Shown piece after piece: positions 42,312-54,020 of a stretch of 64,000 nucleotides of DNA. Numbering within the stretch: the first letter of the stretch is position 1; every line of letters begins with the position of its first letter. The stretch covers positions 372,001 to 436,000 of the forward strand of contig JAMWBK010000002.1 of NCBI GenBank assembly GCA_029953675.1, given 5' to 3'. The DNA is from Rhodosorus marinus CCMP1338 (lineage: Eukaryota > Plantae > Rhodophyta). Both the position numbers and the translations under genes were made by a program. The notes under the pieces were generated by a model that had not been told where the DNA came from, ran no database searches, and saw nothing but the letters and a program-made list of their open reading frames with translations.

Positions 42312-43116
42312 AGTGCAACCCGTCCTCGAAACACCCTATCCCTCCTCGCTCCGATCTACCCAAACCCCCTCAGAAATACCTCCTCCTCACCCACCATTAA
42401 CCTCGAATATACAAATATCCCACACACACACCGCTCCTCCTCTAAGCTCTCGCAACAAGTTCATATCCGCTCTACCCCTCCCTACCCCACCCCAAACCCC
42501 TTACCCCCTACTAACTTAGCGTCCCTCCCCCCTCCCCACCACCTTCTCAAACCCCATCCAGAATACCATTTCTCCACATTCTCCCCTGAACTCAAAAAAA
42601 TTGTACATTTGTACAACGTCCCAAAAAAGAGTCCTCTTTCTTCGTTCCCTCTCACGGGCATCAGGATGGGTAAAACCACTTTTTCTTGGCCAAGAATAAA
42701 CATCCGAAAAACTAATTCTTAAAGTATTATCAGCCATAGCAGGACAATCCATGAGGTAGAACACTAGAACGGGAGGGAGACGGGGAGGGGTAGTTGTTCA
42801 AATACGTAGAATGGAAATCGATGTGCTTTTTTTGAAGGGGTGGGGTAAAGTAGGAAGCTATTGAAATCATAAGAAGTTTAGCAGGTTTTTGAATTTTTGG
42901 AAGGGACTGCTTGATGTTTACTTGTTTGAGATCGGGCTTGTAGGGTAGGGGGGTATGAGGGTTTAGGAATTTTGGGATTGATGTGGCGACGCGGAGGGTA
43001 AATAGGGGATGATTACGGCTTCTGAGAAAGCTTGGGACGGGTTTGGTTAGGGTTGGTAGGTTGGGTGAATCGGGTGTATTGATTAGTAGATTGAGGTAAA
43101 GGTGGTATGCTTGAGG

Positions 43117-44268
43117 ATGCAACATTTTTCTGGAGCAAAGCTTGACCTTGATTGGGCTGGTTATTCGAGACTTGGGAGACTTCATGCGGACTGGGGCGAT
43201 CCGAATCAGGACTGCTACGGGGTTGAGTCTGTAGAAAGTGCAGGTGCAGTGGTGCTTGGGGTGTTTGATGGGCATGGAAAGGATGGTAGGCTGCGCTGTG
43301 CTTCTTAAAAACCCTGGTTCTGCTCTCGAATTGATTAGATGGATTGTTGTGCTCTGCTGTGTGTTTTACGCCAGGAGAGAAAATTTCTCAATTTGCAAGG
43401 ACTGAGATTCTTGAGCGGTGCAAGAGAGAACTGGAAAGTGGAAAGGGCGCATCGGAAACGCTCTCTGTGGTTTTCGGAGAGGTATCACAGTTGATCGATG
43501 GGGACGACGATTCAACCGAAAGCGGATCGACAGCAACTGTAAGGGCTTCCCACAGTTCTCTGTTTCGATTCTTCAGCTGCCTTACCCGCGTTATTGCTTC
43601 TCAGGTTTTGATTGTTCAGGACCATAGAATAGTCTCCGGATTCCTGGGAGACTCCAGCGCAAGCTTTTGTAACTTGGATGCGCAGTCTCAGGTTCTCGAC
43701 TCTGGTTTCTTCTTTGAACCCCACCGAACTTCAAATCGAAAAGAAGCGAGGCGGATTCTGGAATTTGGGTGTATAATTGAAGAGGGTTACGTGGTTGATC
43801 CAGAAAACAAGGACAACGTAAGCTTCTCGGACTGGAACTTCAAAGAGACGATCGCTCTGGGTTGCTCAGTATTGTCCTTCATGTCTGTAGGCGATATCAA
43901 TAACTAGGACTTTTGGAGACAGAAGCATGCGAGGGTGCGGTGTGAATAGCGAGGCTGAAATTTCGGAACCCCGGAGCTTTGATCAGAACAGCATAGCTCT
44001 AGTAATTGCAACGGACGGTTTATGGGACCTTCCTAAAGTAACAGCTGAGGGAGTTTCTGCAACCCTTTCGAGGTAGAGATTGTTCGCCGCTCAGAAAAAC
44101 GACAGACAGCTGCTCAAAGTGCTGACCACGTAATGAAACTTTCTCAGGATGCTGCGGAGCGGAAGTGACCTCGTAGAAATCGTGGAGCAATTCTCCAGCT
44201 TCAATGGCTACGTCCCCACTGACGACTGCACAGTTTTGATCGCGACAGTCACCGCTAAGACCCCATAG
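43117..44268 (+). CDS. Protein phosphatase 2C family protein
   Basis: NQD, GVFDGHG, SGSTA, GFLGDSSA, AISITRTFGD (after intron 43818-43890), VIATDGLWD, TDDCTVLI. Stop 44268. Confidence 0.9.
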
Positions 44269-44726
44269 AAGCAATGTAACAGTCACTGTGTGTTTGAAGT
44301 CAACTAAAAGGTAATTGTGTTTTGGACGCGATCGAAAATTTCCAACACAGAAGATATGGGACTTTCTCCAGAATGGAAGGACTAAGCACGAAATGGAAAG
44401 TGGCCTGCGGCATCCTGACAACTGGGGGTTGTGATTGTCAACTACTAGCATCAACGTTTTGTTCTGATGCACATGGCACCACTTGGGGAAAAGCTTCCAG
44501 TCGTTCATGAGGCTTTCAAGCAAATGCACTCTATTTACCAGCAAAAGCTATTAACTTTCAGCTAATAATGGCGTCCCAGCTCAACCTCTCGAGAGGGTTA
44601 AGCGTTGGAGCCTCACGAAACTATCAAAACGTACTTTCGAATGGTAAACGTAAGTCATTTGAATTGAGCTTTGTCTGCGGAAGCTCAACGGAAACGCAAT
44701 TCTATATACATACTAAGCCAGTGTGT

Positions 44727-47700
44727 TCAGCTATCGTCAATGATTGCGTCGATGTCAAACCCAAAGTTTTGCATTGCAAACTCTTCCGAAATGTCAGCGG
44801 TCGAATCTTCCATCACTGGAGCTGTTCGTAGTGGATTCACTTCTACAGCCGGCTCCGGACCGCTCGCTGAAATGAGGGGACGCTCACGAACCACTTTTGC
44901 GGGGACCTCAAAAGGCGGCAGCTTGTGTTCGCGTAGTCCTAGATACGACATATGAAATTGATGATACAGCGTTCAGAATTATGCGAAAGCTGACCAACCG
45001 GAAAAAGTGGGAAAGGCTTGGAGCATTACCTAGATCCGCCAAATGAGACGCTGGGAAGTAACCGTTATGGACGGGATATTCAATCTCATGGGTCCCTTTA
45101 GTACCCTCTCGTATGGCCGAGTCATCCATATCCATTCCCTTCAATGTTCGCTTCTTGACTCGAGCCAGCCACTCCAGGTTTGTCGAGTTTCTCTCGTTGC
45201 CGCACCGAGAACAGGCTACCAAGGTCCCACCCTTCCATAGGTAGTAATGAGTGCAGACCGCAGTCTCCGAGCTGTTGTTATCAGAACTACAGCACGAAGC
45301 AGGCATGGTTCGTTTAGAAACGTTCAAAGCGCGGGCTAGGAAAAAACCTTGGGTGGTGTTCCTCACATTCCATCCTCAAACACGTTCTGGTTGTCTTCCA
45401 AGGGAACCTCCCCTTGCTCCTCAGATGGCGCGTCCTGAGTATCCTCTTCAACCTCATCTCGATTACGTGCCTCGATCGCAGCTTTCATCGCCGCAGCCTG
45501 TGCCTCCGCTTCCGCCAATTCCTTGGCTTGTTCCTCGAGCTGAATTCGAGCTAGACTAGACTTGGCGTCCTCCAGAGCAATTATTCCCCGTCCGAGGTCA
45601 AACAACTGCTTTGAGGCTTCGGTGATTTCCCCAACGTTGAACGCTTTGCTATAGGCCTCGATCGCCGAGGCGATGCTTCTTGGCTCTTCCGTGCTAACGG
45701 CGGAGCCAATGAGGTCTGCGCCAGCGGCTCCAAGTTCCCTCGCAAGCTTTTCGGCATCAGCGACGAGCTCGGCTGAGGAATCAAACTGGCGCCCACGCTT
45801 GATCAGGTCCAGCAGTCTCCTACCATCGGGCCAAGTGGATTCCCTGTCAAACACAGAGGCGACTTGTCAGATTCTATACTTCAACGGGTTGAATTTCGAA
45901 TGTCATACCCTCCTCGCATGTCTTCAAGAACCTGTTTGTTGGAGTCAACAGCAATCTTCAACTGGTTTTTTGCTCTTTCTTCTTTCTGGATGGTGTCAAC
46001 CGCCGCTCTCACCCGCTCAGCATCATCAAGCATTCCAAGTTCTTCTAGACGAACCTTTATGCGTTGTAGAGCTGTGAGATCGTGCGCATCCACTGCCGAT
46101 TCCATTTCAGAGAGCACAAGCTCACGCTCCTCCAGCCGGAGGAGGGCAGTCTCTGCCGCAGCAACGTCTGTAACGATTATACAAAAAATCCTAGTTAGCA
46201 CTCGGCAGAACAGGACATCAACTTCTTCCGCGCAAACGGAGAGCATTATTTGGCAAGACAAACCTGATTTCAGAGCCCGAAGATTCATCTCAAGAGCTTG
46301 CTGGTGCGCATTCTTGATTGTCTCACGGTCTTCTGTTGCACAAGCTTGCCTTAACTTTTTCCTTTCGTTTTTAACCAGCTTCTGAAAGCTCTTTTTGATT
46401 CCGTTCACGGAAGCTCGTACTTCAGTATTCTTCGACGAGAAATCGACAAGCTCGAGAAGGCACCTCTCAATATCCGCTGGACTACCAGTCTTTGACGCTT
46501 TTTCCAATCTGTGTTTTAGCGAATGCACATGTTTAGTTTTCAAGTCCGCGACAGAGATACCGATCTCCGCATTTCCGATTCTGCTTGAACGTAAACCGTC
46601 ATCTTGGCACGCACCTTGCGAGAACTTCTCGTTCAGCTCGTCTTTGTTGTTCTTCAGCAGCTTTAGCAGCTTCAATCTCGTTCCTCAAGATTGTCGCTCG
46701 CTCTTTCGCATCCGTGATTCTGGACTTGTACTCGCCGTTCAACGCTTTGGAAAGAGCCCGAGTGCTCTCTTCCTCCTCATGCCACAGCGTCTCGTTTTCC
46801 AGGTCACTTACTGCTTCCACGATCTGATCCAGTTGACTCTGTTCACCATAAGAACGTTGGGGTCGCGTTGACGGAGACGGGATTCAGTACGAAGACAAGT
46901 CTAGACCTGTTTGAATTCTGTTGCGAACCTCAGCTAGGGCTGTGCTCAATTTCCGGTCTATCTCCTGACTTCGAGAGATGCGCAGAAGGAGTTCCTTCGC
47001 CAGTCTGATGCATTCATCGCTTTCATCGAGAACGTTATGAGCCTTCTTCATGGACCTTTGCAAAATACGAGGATCAGACCCTCCTTTCACCAAGTCGAGC
47101 GCATCCCGAATGAGTTTTCTAGCGTTCTCTCGTCTTAAGTTGGCCGCATCAGCATCCCTGGAAATGCTTCCAGTTTGTCAGCATGATTCTCCCATTCCGA
47201 AAACAAAAGTACCTGGGGGTGTACCTCTTCTCCTTTTTCTTCCTCTCCAAAAGTTGTTCTTCGGCCAAAACTCTTCGATTCTTCTCCAGTTCATTGCTGA
47301 GGGAGACGCTGATGGTCTGCAGAGCATGTTGCACGCTCGAATCAGCAGGTGACTGAAGGTCGTCGTCGACAGCCCCCGCACCAGCAGCCATGTGAAGCAG
47401 AACTTTGTTTGCGAACGCAATCGCTTCTTTCATCTTCGAAATCTGGTTTCAAGTTCATAGGATGCTCTCAGCTGCAGTTTCATACCGAGTGAGCAGCACT
47501 ACGTACAACTTACAGATCGGTGTTTCATAGCCTCCTCCAGCCTTTCCTTGGCCTCGTTGGCTTCCAATTCCCATTTCTTAAGGTCCCTACTTCGATGAGA
47601 ATCCCGATCATCGTCTCGCAACTCTCTGGTCCTTCTCTTCGATTCAACAGTGTAGCTGGTCGCTATGGATTCGACACTATATGAGACATCACCCGCAACG

Positions 47701-50700
47701 CCGTTGAGGACGCCTTGAAGTCCCTGGACTTTCTGCTCTTGCAACCTTTGAATCAAGAGCCTGACAATCTCCTTGTTCCCGGAATGCGCCGCGTGCTGTA
47801 CAAGAGTCCATGATCCTCTTCCAATCACCTTTTGGCGTCCAAAGGGGAAGGCGGCGCTTCAGATGCCTCGCTAAGAAAATCCAGGCGCGTCCTCTGATAA
47901 AGCTTACCTTTGGTCCTTCATCCACTATCGCTCCGTAAAATATCAGCGCGCTAGCACTCGTGACATGACCGTTTAAAACAGCGAAGTCAAGCGCTGACCA
48001 ACCTTTGCTGCTTCTTTCGTCCACATCCACGCCTCGTTCTAAAAGCAGTTCTACAACACCGTCGTGACCTAGAGTGAAAAACCGGCAACTATTCGTCAAC
48101 AACGGGAACAACCTTTGGCGCATTTAGGGGAGTCATCCAACCTTTGGATGCAGCGAGATGAAGCGGTGAAAGGGAATCCATCATCTCGTAGTCTTTGTTA
48201 ATCAAAACTTTGATGTTAGCGCGACAAGTCAGCTCAGTGTTCGCATCTAGGAGAGCCTTTACGCATTCTACGTCTCCTTCATCTGCGGCTATAAACAGCA
48301 ACGGGCTGCTTCCGGGTACGGAGAGTTTCGCTCCTCCGTGTATAAGCAGACGGACGCACCTGATCGGCGGGTATTGTAGTAGAAAAATTCAGGCTTCCAC
48401 TGAAGTAGATCTGTGATCAGATTGAGGGCATGCGTAATGCGACATTACCTGGCGTGTCTTCTCTGCACAGCATAGCATATGGGGGTAGTTCCAGTGACAT
48501 TTTCAGCATTAGCATCAGCACCCGCATCAATCAACACGCTCACCACCGCATCGTGACCATTCAGTGCAGCCAGGTGCAGAGGTGTCAACTTCTGCTCATC
48601 TTCATGCATGGTACGTGCCCCTATTGAACAGAACGACCAACAATCACCCGCCATTGGCTTAGAAACAAAGCACTTGATGATGATGCGAACAGAAGAATTA
48701 ACCTACCCTCACGCAGAAGAAGCCGAACAACATTTGCGTGGCCTCTCTGGGACGCAAGACACAACGGCGTTTGTCTCTTCGATGACGGTACATCAATTAG
48801 ACACCCCTGGTCGATAAGGAACTTGCACACCGCCACGGATCCTGTGCTCGCAGCAAGATGTAGGGCAGTCACCAGATCCGCACACTTGGTGTTCACGGAA
48901 GCCCCATTTTCACGCAGAATCTTGCAGCATCTGAGGTTGCCCTTGTGCGCTGCCCATGCCAACGCAGTTAACCTGTGAATCACATCCATCAATCGCCATT
49001 TGTTGTCAAACTTCTGCAAGGGGTTTTCTGACGGCATTCTTGATTCCGAACCTTTTCTTGCCATAGACCATGTCGAGGTCCGGCTGGCACCTCCTCACAA
49101 TAAGTTCAAGACAATCCGCCTTCCCTCCTTGCGCCGCAAGCACAAAAGCAGGCAATGAGCTAGTTAAGGCTGCTTCCGGTGGAAGCAGATTAGAGTATAC
49201 ACCAGACGGAGCCTACGATAAACACGACAAGCGTCTGTTCAGAAAATGTTCGATAGGTCTTTGCGATGAAAACCCGTACCTGAATAGCCGATACTCTTTG
49301 GCTCCACGTCATTCTCGAAAGCAGAACAGCGAGGCAGTGCCTGTGTCCAAGTCTCACGGCCCTCCCAGTTTTGATAGAAAGTACAGTTCTGGTTTTCCCG
49401 ACTATATCATTTGCACCGCAGCATTCACACATATCGAGGTCGCTTGCATCTTTGCCACTCTAAGACCACGAGATCAACATGCTAGCTAGTGTGAGAATAC
49501 TGCGTCGAACTGTTTAATGGGTTGCCGCTGTACATTAAGCAATACCTCTTCCCGCGGGTTCTTTGGGCTCCTCTTGTCCGGCAATTTTGACAAGTCAGAG
49601 CACGCAGAACAGCTGCACTTTTCCACAGCAGAAATATTTAAATCGAATAGTGAGTCATCGTCGTCCTCCTCATCCTCTTCTCCAAGGTCTGTGTCAGCAG
49701 AAGAGGAGCTCTCTCCGGAAGGCGAAGAAATTGACAAGATATGGTGCTGGCCCAACTCGCTTTCGATACTCTCAGCACCGAAGAAAGACGTGAGCAACGC
49801 CCTGGCCCTCATCCGAATATCAAAATTTGAGTTATGTGTTAATGCCTCAACCCTCTCCACACCATAAGAATTCACGACAACCGCAGCGTATTTGTTCAGC
49901 CTGGAAAGCGGACAAAATTTGCAAAAAGCCCCAGGTCAACAAGAACTTCTGTGGATGTCCGGACCTAGCCGAAATGTTCTCGAGCAATAGGAAGGGACTT
50001 CGAACCTCCGCCCAGTTTGATGAGCTACAAACTCTCCTACAGCTAACACATTCCGCAAGCCCTTCAATGCTACTTCGGCTATGGTCCCACAGCCTTTCCA
50101 ATTCACGTCGAGTTCTTTCGTACAGCTGAGCAGACTGCACAACGCCCTAACACAACCTGAGGCGGAAAAAGCGAGTTGCTTTTAATTCACCTCCAGGAAA
50201 GACGATAATCGTTCAGGTGCGTACCTTGTTCTGCTAGGTAGTCAATCTGCTTTTCATCGCGATTTGCGGTTACGTTGTAAAGGACCCAAGTAGCGTCCTC
50301 TCGACAAGCAGCATCCTGGGACTCGAGAAGTCTAACCAGAGTTGGGAGCGAATTTGACGCGCGGTTTAGCTCGCTTTCACCGACCATTGACGCTTACTGG
50401 CTGTGAGGGAGAGGTACCTCAAGAGATACGGAAGAATTCCTGCGTCGATGACGTCTTGAACCTGATGAGCAGATTCTGAAATATTTGATATTATCCAACA
50501 GCATTCCTTCCTAATGCTTCGTTCGTCGCAGGTCAATAGGGCGCGTAGACTTGGGAGAACGTTGCAGTCAATGATCACCTACAGCAAGATGCTCAGGTGA
50601 GATGTCGTCACGCGCGAGCCCAAAGGCAACTGAGAGTCTTCCTTTCAGACTGGGAATACCTGAGTCTGTCTATCGTCGCCGCAAGCAATATTTCCAATAA

Positions 50701-51172
50701 CCTGTAAGGCAGCACTCTGTACGGAAACAGGTACCCGGAACTCGAACACTCCATTCCTCTTTTCAACAGGCTCAAGTAAATGGACGAGCTTTGGCACGAC
50801 CGCAGCCTCCAGAATCGACTGAATTCTATCATTCTGTATCCCCTCACCGAATAGTTGGCATAGATCCAAGCACGACTCCTTCAGAATCTGCTCATCTTTG
50901 TGTTCATCCAACAGGCTCGCCAATGCCTTGGCCTTCGCTCGAACCTAGCACGCTCGATAATCCCGTACGTTAGCATCCTACAATCAACGACCAATATTAT
51001 TTCCTGACATAGTCCGATTTCGAATCAGGTGCATTTGATTTAGGGAACTCACCTGTTGGAGTGGAACACCAGGGACTGACGCGGCGTGCGCTACAGCAGC
51101 AGCCGCCTCGGCAACTGAAACCTTCTCCTCGGCCGAGGAGACATCACTGCTTTTAGAAGCTTGTTGGCGCAT
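44727..51172 (-). CDS. Large multi-exon protein: importin-alpha-like ARM repeats + Cys-rich linker + ankyrin repeats + coiled coil + C-terminal Cys/His motif
   Basis: ARM exons (QSAALQVIGNIACGDDRQTQ, IRKECCWIISNI, REDATWVLYN, NKYA...VERVEAL) join in frame to ankyrin exons (LTALAWAAHKG, TALHLAASTG, TPLCLASQRGH, TPLHLAALNGH, SPLHLAASKG) via GT-AG introns 49545-49460, 49279-49213 and 49051-48973. The terminal exon ends at 44727. Some internal junctions were not checked. Confidence 0.8.
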
Positions 51173-53111
51173 GAAACGTGTCCAACCCCGTCAGGAGTAA
51201 AGAAGAGACGCTCCTGAGGCGATCCTTCTCCACTTCCCGAGCTTAAATTCCCGGCCTTCTTATCCACCTGTACCCAGCATCAAAACCCTCCCCAATCTTT
51301 ACAGAAACAGCAACCAAGAAGACTAAAAGGTAGTGATAACCTTTAACCTCCTTCCAACCGGTGAAACTGCCGAGATCCCGAAGTCCTGCATCTTCAAACT
51401 CCGATATCTCAGAAACGGCGGCCTCTGTAAACCGCAGCCAAGCGAAAACAAAGTGTTAGATAGAAACTGGACATCAGTTTCATCATTTCGTATTTCTCGA
51501 AGACGATTAAAAATGAAAGGCAAAGAGGCCGCGATAAACCAACGCCAACGAACAATAGAATCTCAGACAGTCTACTTACTCCCATAATCCGGAACCGCTC
51601 ACTCCCTCCGCACGGGGAATTTCCAAACGTGACAGCATCAATAGCCACCCGAACACAACTTGTAGAGGTTCAGGCACCGCGGGACCAAAAAAAAAAAAAA
51701 AAATAGCTACGGCTTTGCTTTTCACTAAACCCGTTCCCAAAAAGGCTACAAACCGAATTCTAAACAACCCCAAATCGATACCGGTCGTTTACTACCCGTC
51801 CCAGACCTCTTCCCTCGTCCGCGGTCCCCTTCTCCCCACCCCCCCCTTGTAGCCCTCCCTTTGTCACCTTGCTCCAACCCTTTCGAGCATCAAAAATTCG
51901 TCAAGCGCAGGACAAGAAAATCTAATTATGCGAATCACCAAAAAAAAAATTAGGTCAAGATCAAAGATCCTCAAATTTTGACCCCATCAACGTAAAAAAC
52001 CCAATTAATACGGAAAAACGGTATCCCGTTGTTGCACCTCCCTCGCGCCTTCAATTCCACGAAATTTTCCCGTTGAAACCCCCGGCCCCCCCCCCCAACT
52101 ACCTGAGAGTGACGTCAACAGGTAACATATGTCCGAATGCTAGAACTTCTTTAGGTGTTATTAGACCAACATTTTGCTGGGGCAAGCCCACCCCCTCCCT
52201 TTTGTCTTCCGGGACATCTGAACATGCTTGTAAAAATATCAATAAGTCGTAATTAAGACTGGGACAAGAGCGTACCACCCAAAGATCAGGAATTCGTTCT
52301 ATTTCTTATCTAGAATATCCCAGATCTAGCATATTTAAGTATCTCTTAAATTAAGATTGATTCGGCAAAATGTCGTTTCCATTAGGGAATCGTTGGTCAA
52401 AAGTTCAGTACGTCTTTCTTTTTCTGGTCGATTTACTTGTCTATTCGTAGTGGGACAAAGATCTGGAAAGAAGAGACACTATTTTGGGAATTGAGAAGCC
52501 AAAGTTTTTGGCAGAATTCTAACACGGACAAGGGCTGTCCCTAAAAATCCGGAGAAAATTGGGGCCCCTGCCGGTTAGAGGGCAAAACATTCCTAATTCA
52601 ACTTCGTCTTCAGGTTTTCCATCAATTTTAGAGCTCGGGGGTATTTTTGTTTTTCTTTTCTATGTGAACATTTGACTGTATTACAAATGTTTTTTAGACG
52701 CTAATATATAGTTAATATTCCTATGTATTTGGATGTGGCAGGAAAACTTATGAGAATTTCAAAGATGTTTGTGGAATGGCTCAAGAATATTGAGTCAATG
52801 GTGAAATCATTTAGCAGCTTTGATTGTAAATTAGAGGATCCATGCCCAGGATCCGTCCTTCCGGGTCGTCAGTGGCCGTTTATGGTCACAGATCTGGTTC
52901 TGGACTACCAAACAGAAGAAAAAAGAAGAAGAAATGGGTTCTATACCTGAGCTGTTATCAAAATACGCTTTACCGTGAATTAACAGATGAGACTGCATGA
53001 CTGCAGCTGTTTTCAGGATACTGTATCACCGCATCCATATTGATCGCCTCTGATGCGGCTCTCGTCATCATTTCGGCAACTCGCACTTGATCATTTAAAC
53101 ATTTTGTCTGT

Positions 53112-53184
53112 ACGAATTCCATGATAAGCTAGCTACCACACTCCAGCCACGAATTCCATGATAAGCTAGCTTCTCCAGCCACGA
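53112..53184. repeat. Short tandem duplication (37-bp period)
   Basis: acgaattccatgataagctagct at 53112-53134 and 53149-53171, each followed (after 6 nt and 1 nt) by ctccagccacga. Confidence 0.85.
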
Positions 53185-54020
53185 CCTGATCGTGGCTGCA
53201 CTTGAATTTCTCCACGGGGTACGCTTCAGGCCTCAGCCCGGTCGGTCGGGGTGATGCTTCATTGAGGGCGAACGTCTTCTGTGTTGAGTCAAGCACTGCT
53301 CTCCTCAGCCTTGACCCATGAATCCCCTCTACATGGCTCAGCGATGCCGCTTCTGCTACGGCGAACACTTTGAAGCTATACAAGTGTTTTCATGTCGACA
53401 GCTCCCCATTGAGGAACCCCCTCTCACTGTCCAACACGTGCGAGACATCCGCTATCACGTACCATGACAATACATCTGCGGCAGGCCACAAAAACGTACC
53501 TGAAGGCCTCCACGTTCGGAGACAAGGAAACCTTCGCCGCATAGGCCGCTCGCCGCACCGATGGAATCTCCCACCCATTAAGCTCTCTGACTCCCTGAGA
53601 TGATCCACGTAGGCAGAGCATATCCGGAGGGCATCTGTAAGGGAGGACTGTCCCGAGCCACAATACTCGTCGTGGTGACTAATTAAAAAAAAACAAGAAA
53701 CTACAACGAAAAGCAATGATTCGATCAAAAACATGAAATCCAATAATATTTTAAGAGTTCAGAATTTTATTAAACGATTATTGGGTAATATACGTTTACA
53801 AGGTGAGTTGTCAATCTATTATTGGTTGAAGTAGATTTCAAGAGGAAGGTGGGTTTTTTGTCGTTAACGGATCAGAAGTTTTGCACTTTTTGGGTGAGGT
53901 TTTCAGTAATCCTGTATTTTACACGCAGTAGAGAATTCAGGTTGGTAGTGAGGGAGAGGGACTGCTGCGCTCCATGACAGAGCACGACGCGTTATGAGAA
54001 GTACTCTGAAGAAAGGAACG

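Noticed and set aside
42036-43275. Long Pro/Leu-rich ORFs 42036-42722 (+) and 42730-43275 (-)
   Set aside because: They arise from the C/A-rich skewed promoter strand, which lacks stop codons; no domain content.
45864-46871. Plus-strand ORFs 45864-46385 and 46395-46871
   Set aside because: Ser-rich antisense shadows of the coiled-coil region of the ankyrin fusion gene.
49432-49486. Importin-alpha and ankyrin as two separate adjacent genes
   Set aside because: The gap is only ~54 bp, there is no promoter-type skew, and a canonical in-frame intron links them. The fusion model is preferred pending cDNA.
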